Assembly: GCF_963921235.1 (NCBI RefSeq)
Contig: NC_086107.1
Location: forward strand, 105,092,001-105,156,000
Direction of reading: 5' to 3'
Origin: Mobula hypostoma
Lineage: Eukaryota
DNA length: 64,000 bases
Within the stretch, counting starts at the first letter, position 1. Every line of letters begins with the position of its first letter. Positions 52,204 through 62,070 of this stretch are shown here, piece by piece. The translations under genes were made by a program, and so were the position numbers. The notes beneath the pieces are model-generated. The model searched no databases. It saw only the letters and a program-made list of their open reading frames with translations, and had not been told where the DNA came from.

Positions 52204-52575
52204 GAGAAATCTTTCCGCACGTTTCTCCTGGAGAGAATCCAAACAGACTTCTTAATGAATGGAACAGAAAATGACCAATGCAATAATCAAAATTCTGTAC
52301 TAAAAAGTAGAACTTTACTGTACAACTTTCCTGAAATCCACAGAAGCAATTGAACCCATGAATATATATGGTGACTACACAGTGCCCTTCACAGTCGTTG
52401 TATGAAAACTGACAGCTACATTAATGTTCAGGCTCCAGATGGTGAACAGTAATCGTGCAGTACAGCACACAGTGGATTCTAATAGCGACTCTGCTCCTTC
52501 TGCCTCACTAGGATTAATGCTGCAGCAGAAACACCAGCCACTCCCTGACGTTCGGTCTGCACTTCCCTGCCTCTG

Positions 52576-52652
52576 TCAGACGATTCCGTATTGAGCCAGT
52601 TCGTGAAGCTCCAAGTGGCTGAAAGCCTCCCAGGGGCAAATCACAGTAATAT
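52576..52652 (-). CDS. PDE6H: PDE6 gamma subunit, last coding exon
   Basis: ctttcag|AT ATT ACT... [25 protein letters not shown], the PDE6 gamma inhibitory C-terminus. Confidence 0.95.
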
Positions 52653-52734
52653 CTGAAAGCAGAGCGAGAATTTATCAGAATTCCTTTCATGGATACAATC
52701 AGGAATTGGTATGAGGCTCCCCTGTTTCTCATGC

Positions 52735-53230
52735 ACCCCACCATTCAGAGTATCTGCCCTACACTTGTATATTGGATTCCCTCTATTCCTCAATACTCCC
52801 TACTATTTGTGGTGTAAGTCTTTCCCTTGTAAACTGATGTCCCCCTGTTCTTTGATACTCCCTACCACCCACCATATGTGAGCCACCCTCATTCACCAAG
52901 GTCTCTCTGAATCTCAATACTCAATACCATTCATGGTGTGTGTTCTGCCCTAGAACACTGAGGTCCCTTTGTTCCTCGATGCTCCTCCCCATTCACCGTG
53001 TGCGTCCTACCCTCGTACACCGAGGTCACTCTGTTCCTCAATACTTACCATCATTCACAGTGTTGGTCCTACACTTGTATACTAAGGTCCTCTGTTGCTC
53101 ACTAACACTCAACTTTCATGGGGTGTGTCCTACCCTCATACGTCAAAGTCACCCCGCCTTTCATGACGTGTGTCCTACCCTCATATGCCAAAGTCCCCCA
53201 CCTTTCATGGTGTGTGTCCTACCCTTGTGC
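52735..53230. repeat. Degenerate tandem repeat of about 60-bp units in the last PDE6H intron
   Basis: Recurrent ccattca..gtgtg.gtcctaccct...aaggtc.ctctgttcctcaatact units, about 8 copies, shortening to about 48 bp. Confidence 0.7.
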
Positions 53231-54126
53231 ATAACAATTAGGGTGATGCTGGATGCTTTCATATTCTGGGCTGTTGTTTAGGAAGTTCAATATCCCACTA
53301 TGTATTACTAACTATGTATAGGAAGGATGTGGAAGCTTTAGAAAGGGTGCAGAGGAGAATTTACCAGGATGCTCCCTGGATTACAGAGCATATCTTATGA
53401 GGGTAGTCTGAGTGAGCTAGGGGGAAGGAGGATGAGAGGTGACTTGATAAAGATATACAAGATAATAACAGGCTTAGATCTGGTGGGTAGCCAGAGAATT
53501 TTATCCAGGACGGAATTGGTTAATTTGAGGGAGTGGTGATTGGAGGAAAGTATGGGGGGGGGGTGTTGTCAGAGGTGTGATCTTTACACAGAGAATGGTG
53601 GGTGCATGGAATGCACCACCAGGGGTGGTGGTAGAGGCAGATATACGTATTAGAGACATTTAAGAGACTCTTAGACTGGCACGTGGATGATAGAAAATGG
53701 AGGGCTATGCAGGAAGGAAAGGTTCAATTGATTTTAGAGTGGTTGTGGGTTGAAGGGTATATACTGTGCTGTAATGTTCTCTGTTCTGTGTTTTGACCAC
53801 TTGCACAGCATATTCTCCAACTTTCAAAGATTTATGCATTTAGTCAATCCAGGTCCTCTGCTCCAGCACACTCTTTAGAACTGTGCTACATAATTAATCT
53901 TGTCTCTCCTTATCCATCCTTCCAAAATGCCATCCATATCAATTTTCTTTAAAGCACTGTGCCTTTTACCAGTGCCTTGGCCAGGTGGTCATGCTGAAGC
54001 AGCAGTAGTTTGTCTGACCATAGAGATCCTCGCTCACCACTAAACAACGGAGGGTACGTGTGTGATTCGTGTGTGTGTAGACTCCAGATATTGTTTGTGA
54101 ACGTCTAAGAATGTCTGCCCACGTAC

Positions 54127-54167
54127 CTGTGCCGAGTCCCTCCATCCCGGGAATATCATCGCCAAAC
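54127..54167 (-). CDS. PDE6H: PDE6 gamma subunit, middle coding exon
   Basis: cctgcag|G ... ACAG|gtacgt, 41 nt. FGDDIPGMEGLGT. Confidence 0.95.
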
Positions 54168-57077
54168 CTGCAGGAGAACAAGAATCAATCAATGTCTGAC
54201 GCCCCCAATAAATCAGCAGAATATCAGGAATTCAAAAGGAAAACTCTGATCGTAGTCGACCAATGGAAGACAGAATCATAGAGTCCAGACACAGGCACTT
54301 TTGGGCCACTGCATCTGCACTGAACATCAAGCATCCTTTTACACCCCTGCTGTAAGTTCCCTTAGTGTATACGCAAGTGGCAGAATCTGGGGGAGTTAAT
54401 GGGATTGTAGAGAGAACAAAATAGGATTAGTGTAGGGTATTAGTAATTGATAGTCACGTGACAATAATAAACCAATACCAAAAGCAATTGATGATCAGCA
54501 CAAACTCTGTGAAGAGTACGAATTTCAGGTTCTATACTGTATACATCCTCTGATATTAGATGAACCTTTGAACTAATAGTAATTGATGATCAGCACATAC
54601 TGGATGGCTAAAGGTCTGTTCCTGTGCTGTATGACTCTTTAATCCCAACTAAGAGGTGACACTTATAAAAGTAAGTCTTCCACAAAGTATTAATATGACA
54701 CTTTTTGTTCTGGCAGGTAATTTCACAACGTTGTTAAAATAGCAGTCAAAATTACATCATCTGGACACATTTAATCCTGGTCTACACATTTCTGATCCTT
54801 TTCAGGTCTACCTTCAGTTAATTCATCATTACTTCATTAGCTCACAGGGTTTCAGCAGCATAGTCAAGTTACTGAATTAAAACAAATTGCTGGAGTTAAG
54901 CAGCTTCCTACGGGTGGAGTGTGCAGGGAGGGGAGGGAAGGAATTCAGTCGCTCCGCTGAATTCCTCCTGCAGTTTGTTTTTTTTTGCTCCTGATTCCAG
55001 CTTCTTGCAGTCTCTTATGTCTCCCTACGGTAACCAGGGGTTAAAGGGTGGGAATTCTTAGCAGGTGACTCATCTCCTGATATCCCACCATCCACAAGGC
55101 ACATCAGGAGTACAATGGAATATTTGCCACCTGCCTCTATGAGTACAGCTTCAACATTCAAAAGATGTCAACATAATCCAGGATAAAGCAATTCATTCCC
55201 TCAAATTATACCAGCGTGATTCAGACTTAAATCACGCCGGTATAATTTGAGGGAATGAATTGCTTTGTCCTTTGTACCCCATCACTTATTCATTCATTCA
55301 TTCATTTATTTATTAATTATTTTTTCCCTTTTTGTCCTTTTCTCTCTCTGTCCCTCTCACAATAACTCCTTTGCTGCTCTCCATCTTCCTCTGGTGCTCC
55401 CCTCCCCCTTTCTTTCTCCCTAGGCCTCCCATCCCATGATCCTCTCCCTTCTCCAGCCTTGTATCCCTTTTCCAATCAACTGTCCAGCTCTTGGCTCCAT
55501 CCCTCCCCCTCCTGTCTTCTCCTATCATTTTGGATCTCCCCCTCCCACTCCCACTTTCAAATCTCTTACTAGCTCTTCTTTCAATTAGTCCTAACGAAGG
55601 ATCTCGGCCTGAAATGTCGACTGTACCGCTTCCTATAGAGGCAATTTGGCCCATCAAGTCCTTGCTAGCACCCAGCAGAGCAAAGCCATCAGTCCCATTC
55701 TTCTTAGACCTTCACCTTGTTCTCTCTCGTGCACATTGGCTCCACATTGATTTTCTTTTGCCGCTTACCTACGCTAAGGGTAGCTTACAATACCCAATTA
55801 ACATACCAGCATTTCTTTGAGATGTGGGGTCACCCTATAGAAAGTCACGGGGGTGGGAGGGTGTGCAGCTTGGCACTGAAAGCACCCTGGTGGTCAGGAC
55901 TGATCGCAGAGTAGCACAGTGGTACTGTACTGTGAGTTGAACCGCTGTCTCATTGCTTCGACGACCTGGGTTCAATCCTACCCTCGGCTGCTGATCAGTG
56001 TGCTGTTTGCGTGTTCTCCGTGTGACTGTATGCATTTACTCACACACCCTCAAGTTGTAGGTCAAGTGTAGCAATGAGAAAAAAATGGGGACAAAAAGGT
56101 TGCAGTGAAAATTAATGAAGGAATGGGAATTTTCTGTGACTCTGCACACATTTTTTTATTTCAGTATGAAAGTTCATCCACACTGAGCCCATGGTGTTGA
56201 TGGATCTTAACAGTGTCCGTAGTGTCCTGGTCATCTTCAAGGAGCAGTGCGTCAGGAAGGCAGTGTCCATCATTAGGGACCTCCGCCACCTACTTCTCAT
56301 CACTACCACATCAGGAAGGAGGTACAGAAGCCTGTAGACACATTCTCATCCATTCAGAAACAGCTTCTTCCCCTCTGCCATCTGATGTCTGGATCGACAT
56401 TAAACCCATGAACACTACCTCATTACTTTTTCATTTTTACATCCTACTTTTGTACTAATTTAATTTAACTATTTAATATATATACTTACCGTAATTCACA
56501 GTTTTCTTTTCTCTCTATTATCATGTATCGCATTGTACTGCTGCCACAAAGTTAACAAATTTCACAACCTATTAAACCTAATTCTGATTCTGATCCTTGG
56601 TGTCTCTGACCCATGAACTCACCCTTACAGTTTCTTTTTGCATCCACTGGACTCAGTTCTCCAGATAATGGGGCTAACACACACCTGGGTGTGACTGCTT
56701 CTTTGTTAAAGGGACCATGCACATAGCAAACTGAACACCCAAATGGGCAATGTGCAGGGGATGGAGGAAGGAAGGTCTGAAGCTGACTGTCCAACTACTG
56801 GGAGGCTACAGAACAAATGTTGCTGGTCACTACGTGGTGAAGGCCGTGTTTCAGTGTTGCTCCATTTGGCCAGGAAGTACGGAAGCCTTAGGTCCCACAC
56901 CACCAGATTTAGGATCTGTTATTACCCTATAACCATCAAACTCCTGAACTGGTGTGGGTTACTTCATTCACCACTCCTCTGAACTGATTTTATGACATCC
57001 ACACTCACTTTCAAGGACACTGTCCACCTCTCCTGTTTTCAGTATTATTTTTATTTTCAAGTTTGTCTTCTTTCGAC

Positions 57078-57333
57078 CTGGCTGGTGGCGTAGTGGCATC
57101 AGTACCGGATTTTGGGAAAGGTCCCGAGTTCGAATCCAGTCAGCTCCCCTGCACGCTTTCCATCCGTGCTCGGTTATGAGCGGGTGATCTCTTTGGAAAC
57201 TCACCCGGCAGAAGGCAATGGCAAACCACTTCTGTAACTTGCCTCGTACACGGTACCCCACTACGTCAGAGAGGCGTGGAGGGAAATCGTCTGCGAGCCG
57301 GAGAAACTCCGGATGCGATGTACCTTTCCTTTC
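57078..57333 (+). mobile_element. tRNA-derived SINE with RTE/BovB-like body
   Basis: A box TGGCGTAGTGG, B box GTTCGAATCC, AGAAGGCAATGGCAAACCAC segment, (CCTTT)n tail. A related SINE head is at about 9620-9990. Confidence 0.75.
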
Positions 57334-57551
57334 AAACATTGGTGTTTGTTAATGTATAGTTTTTGTAAAGATTTATTGTATTTTTTCTCTGCAAACACTT
57401 GCAAGAAAATGAATCTCAGAGTAGTATATGATAACATATACATACTTCGATAATAAATGTATTTTAGGCTTTGAACATTCTGAAAACTGCACATAATTCA
57501 TAATGTAATTTCCCTCAGGCTCTAATATACATATAAGATTCTGGTTCATAC

Positions 57552-57679
57552 CCTTTCACGCCTGCCTTTGGGGGTTTGCTTTTGAACTGTCGGGTTGCCC
57601 TTTGTTTGAACTTTGGTGGTCCTTTCCTGGGGGAGGTGGGGCCTCCAGTTGCTTTGGTTGGTGCGCTGATAGAGTTCAT
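57552..57679 (-). CDS. PDE6H: PDE6 gamma subunit, first coding exon (exon acceptor at 57714)
   Basis: [43 protein letters not shown], donor GG|gtatga. PDE6H is preferred over PDE6G because of the short N-terminus, AFSHL and linkage to WBP11. Paralog identity is an inference. Confidence 0.9.
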
Positions 57680-58062
57680 TTTGGCGAGGCAGAAAAATCT
57701 TCCCACAGAGCTCACTGGAAGAGAAGAAGAAAATCATAGTTAGAGCAGAGGGGATGGCCAACTCCAATTCCCCAAATTTAGGACAAGTTACCTGAGTCTG
57801 GATAACAACTACAAAATCAAGTAAATAGAAAGTTATTCCCACTGTGGCAAAATGCAGTATGTACCTTGGTTCTCATTTACCGGATTTGCTCTATTTGGAC
57901 AAGTGTACCATCAAGGAGGAGGTACAGGAGCTTAAAGATAATCGTTCAACATTTTGGAACAACTTCTCCCCCTCTGACATCAGATTTATGAACAGATAAC
58001 AAACCCAAGTACCTTTTTTTCTGCTCTCTTTTTACACTTCTTATTTGTATTTAACATATATA

Positions 58063-58845
58063 CCGTGGAGTCCAGTTAATTGGGACACATCGGGACTAGT
58101 ACATTTGGCTGAATTAAGTGGCTGCTGCAATTAGCCAAAATAGTTAAAAAGGTATAAAAAAAGAAAAACTGATTAACTTGTCAAATATTTATATGAAACA
58201 CAGAATAAATTAGAACACTATCCAATAGTACTACAGTACTATAAAACTGTATTATTTCCTAATGGTTATCAACAGAGGAATTCATCCAGTGTACACAATG
58301 AACAAAATCAGCTCAGACACTGAGTGTAGATATCGGACTGTCTTCATACAATGTTATTGACAATTGCATCCTCCAAATCTTCATTTTCATTGTAATATTC
58401 AAGAGGACTTATTGATAGCTTCAAATTCTTCATAGTTCCTAACTTGTTGAAGTAGTGAAATCCTTTCATTTTCACTCCTGGCTGTTTCTGGCATCTCCAA
58501 GTCTAAATGCTTGAAACCGCAGTGAGCAAAACAATTTTGGAATTGTCTTATTGCTTATTTCTCACCAACTATCAGTCAAAAATCACAGTTTTTTGAACAC
58601 AAACACATGTGACTGATGCTATTTAAAAACCGCTCGAAGCACGGTGTAGTGTCTAATGGCCAAACAAGTTCCCATGACTGACAGTAGTTAGAACCTGTTC
58701 GGCAACAGCCTCCTGCCCCAATTAAGCAGCATAGTGTCCTAAATAAATGAAGGGAATTTCCTTGAATAGCTTTCGTCCTTTAAGAGTTGTCCCAAATAAA
58801 CAGCCACCCCAATTAACCAATGTCCCAATTAACTGAAATTCGCTG
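58063..58845. mobile_element. Non-autonomous Tc1/mariner (pogo/Tigger-like) DNA transposon
   Basis: TA duplication. TIRs CCGTGGAGTCCAGTTAATTGGGACA and TGTCCCAATTAACTGAAATTCGCTG, with subterminal repeats. Confidence 0.8.
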
Positions 58846-58950
58846 TATTTTTTATTGTAATTTGATAGTTTTTTATCATTATGTATTACACTGTACTACT
58901 GCTGCAAAACAACAAATTTCACAGCTTATGCCAGTTATTAAACCAGATTT

Positions 58951-58951
58951 T

Positions 58952-59027
<76 letters not shown>

Positions 59028-59097
59028 AACAGAGACAGAGACAGAGAGAGAACAGAAAGAGAGGGAGTGAGAGAGAGAGAGAGACAGTGTGTGTGTG
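58951..59097. repeat. Compound microsatellite (TG)n(AG)n(ACAG)n
   Basis: Read directly from the sequence. Confidence 0.95.
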
Positions 59098-59282
59098 TTC
59101 AAGGAGACATCTGCACCTAGACTCTTCCACTAAGGAAAGAAGAGTCACTGTAATATAGAAGAGAATTTAAGAGCACACCAGAAAAAATGGAGTGTTAGCT
59201 ATCACACAGATCCAGTCTATAACATATTAGTCAATGAATTTTGAAAGTTCAATGTAAGGCGACAGTGACAATAAAGTCTCAC

Positions 59283-59620
59283 CTCTGAGTTTTCCCAGCA
59301 GACGACAGGGGTGTTTATTCCTGAGCGGGCTTGAGGGATATTACAGACAGTAAGTGTTCATGTATCGCATAGGTGTTGAGACACATACTCGATCTGAACC
59401 AGAGCATTAATAGTGCAGACAGGCACACTGATTAAAATAGAGTTTTGAAACACCCTCAAGCCTTCTGATTATGTAAAATTAACCTTTATCATAGCCTGCA
59501 AGTGTGGTGTTTATTTTGACTTCATTCTCCTTTAATTTATTTAGTGTAATTCTTTGAGAGTTCGTACTTTGCTGGATTAACCTAATGCATATAAATTGGA
59601 CTATTTACAGATTAATGCAC
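59283..59620 (-). promoter_or_regulatory. Probable non-coding first exon (donor at 59283) and photoreceptor promoter of PDE6H with clustered CRX/OTX-type TAATCN sites
   Basis: Donor GAG|gtgaga on the minus strand. GATTA cores at 59429, 59466, 59574 (GGATTA) and 59609 (AGATTA) in non-repetitive sequence. Confidence 0.55.
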
Positions 59621-60093
59621 GACAGCTCTCTGTCACGCTCTCTCCCATTCTCTCTCTCTCCTTAGTAAGTATCTTAGCTAAGATTTGTCAAAGGCTGAAA
59701 CTATAAGCAGATTTTCTCCAGGGGGAAAAAAACACATCAGTGGAAAGGTAATTTAGACTGGAACACGTGAAAATTATAATGTCATTTACCACAGATTTGC
59801 CTGACACTGAACACAAAAGCAAGGATTTTACAGAAAGTTCCACTAAAGGAATAACATATCCAGACCATAAAATGTGCTCTGGTGTTTCTCTCCACGTGAG
59901 CTATCTCGTCTAATCCCATCTCTGTCACACCCCATATATCCCACTTAATTAAATGCTATTCCTCCCTAATTCCCCATATTCCCTTTAGCATCCTGTTGAG
60001 TCTAACCCCACTCTCTCCTGTTTGCCATACCTTTCGTTACCAGCCCATATATTACCTTTCTTCCTTTGTTCCCATTCTCACTCAGTCTAACCT

Positions 60094-60710
60094 TGTGAAA
60101 CACGCTGGTTTCCTCGGCTGTGTAAGCCTAGGGAAGACAGTCTCTGGCCCCGCTAAAAATGTGTGAGGTTGAGGCACGAGCCCACCCCGAAACCCCCGTT
60201 TGTGTGGATGCTGTGTCATTCGTTATCCTGAAACAAATGAGTGCCACAAAATAACAGATGGAACACCGCATAAAATTAAAAAGTTTAGCTTTATCATTCT
60301 TAATTTGACTAAAAGGTTAGTAAAGAAAGAACAAAAAAAAAAGAAAAGGGCCCATTTTAACGTATCAGTCTAATGTTCACAAGTCCGAGCTCGTGGTTTC
60401 CCCATCGCTGATCCTCCACGGATCTCACCCCGGGCCTCATTGAATCACGGCCCCGCTCCAGGTCGAAACCTACCATCTCTTCTCTCCTCACCTCTCCCTA
60501 ACAAAAAGCCCCAAACCCAACCTTAGTGTCCCTCACCAGAGAAACCTCCCCTTAATCTGACTATCCTAACTGGATGGCACACAATTCTCCTCGTCCCTTA
60601 TCTTCAACAGTAACCCAAACGCAAGCTGAAAAACGAGCAGCCCGCACAGAACAGCACAAAATGAAATACAGAAGAGCATAACAGTAAAAAATATGAACCA
60701 GGGCATTACA
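60094..60710. mobile_element. Possible solo LTR upstream of PDE6H
   Basis: TGT...ACA ends. A CpG-richer block interrupts a degenerate AGTCTAACCCC repeat region. No clean TSD. Confidence 0.45.
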
Positions 60711-61612
60711 GTTGACTTTCCTCACTCTCCTGAGTCCAATCCCTCAGTCTAATTCCATTCTCTTCTTAATATACAGTTTAACATTCCAGTCAGTCCAACC
60801 CCGTCTGTTCTCCATATTTTGACCTTTATTATTTTTTATTTGTAGCAGACTCATCCTAGTCTCATGCAAAATAAACGAAATTCCAGGGGTACTGAATCTC
60901 AATGCATGTCCCATACACTATCCAAGAATCAGCTTATATTAAACTATTTAATATTTAATTTAATAATATCTCACCAGTTTTATTTAAATAACCAACAAAT
61001 TTCCGAATGTTATTGATTGGGTAATTCACAAGGATTAATGTAATGTCTGAAAAGGAGTTAAATTGGGATTATTGGATGCCAGTGGAAATTTTTTCCCTGA
61101 AACTAATTTACATGTTATAATGGAATCAACAGAATTGGAGAAGTTTATGGCATTGAATAAGATCATTCTGATTATTGTGTTCATCTCTGCAAAAGATTAA
61201 TGACTAATCCACCTCAGGTCCTGGTCTGCGGTCCATCTGGTGCCTACGCAAACCTTACCTTCCCTTTTCCTTGACCGCCTTCCAGTCTATCTACCAATTA
61301 AACTAAAAACATTTACTGAGAGACAGCACGGAATAGGTCCTTCTGGCTCTTTGAGCCAAGCTGCCCAGCAATCCCCCGATTTAATCCTAGCCTAATCACG
61401 GGAAAATTTAAAATGACTATTTAACCTTCTAATGGGTACGTCTTTGGACTGTGGGAGGAAACGTACGTGGTCACTGGGAGAACGCACAAATTCCTTACAG
61501 GCTGCAGTAGGAATTTGAATCTGGGTCACCTGTATCGTAAAGCGTTATGCTAACCAGTACACTACCGTACCACTCTGTTTTCTGATTATTGACCTCTCCA
61601 TAAAGAGATATA

Positions 61613-62070
61613 CACTCATATGTCACTTTATTATGTACTTGCTGTACCTAATGAAGTGGCCACTGAGTGAATGTTTGTGATCTTCTGCTGCTGTAGCCCA
61701 TCCACTTCAAGGTTTGACATGTTGTGCACTCAGAGATGGTCTTCTGCACACCACTGTTGTAATTTGAATTACTGTTGCCTTCCCGTCAGCTTGAACTAGT
61801 CTGGTCATTCTCCTCTGACCTCTTCCATTAACAAGGCGTTTCACCCACAGAACTGCTGCTCACTGGATGTTTATTTTTGTTTTCGCACCACTCTCTGTAA
61901 ACTCTAGAGACCGCTGTGTATGAAAATCCCAGGAGATCAGCAGTTTCTGAGATACTCAAACCACCCTGTCTGGAACCAACAATCATTCCGTGGTCAAAGT
62001 CACTTTGATCACATTTCTTCCCCACCCTGCTATTTGGTCCAAACAACAACTGAACCTTTTGACCATGTGT
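61613..62070 (-). mobile_element. Tc1-like transposon relic; another fragment at about 34098-34395 (+)
   Basis: KKCDQSDFDHGMIVGSRQGGLSISETADLLGFSYTAVSRVYREW (Tc1 transposase N-terminal HTH) and a CACTCAGTGGCCACTT-type TIR. Confidence 0.8.

Noticed and set aside
52735..53230. CRISPR-like repeat-spacer array
   Set aside because: Eukaryotic context, degenerate units without unique spacers, and no cas genes.
55587..55622. Active hammerhead in a PDE6H intron
   Set aside because: Core is mutated (CTAACGA, GAAATGTC) and it is antisense to the gene.
57078..57150. tRNA gene
   Set aside because: A and B boxes are present, but there is no full cloverleaf and it continues into a SINE body and tail.
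57546..57842. 98-aa minus-strand ORF overlapping PDE6H exon
   Set aside because: Wrong reading frame; the PDE6 gamma frame is the one in ORF 57515-57715 from the ATG at 57679.
58820..59158. ORFs with CVCV/ERER runs
   Set aside because: Translations of microsatellites.
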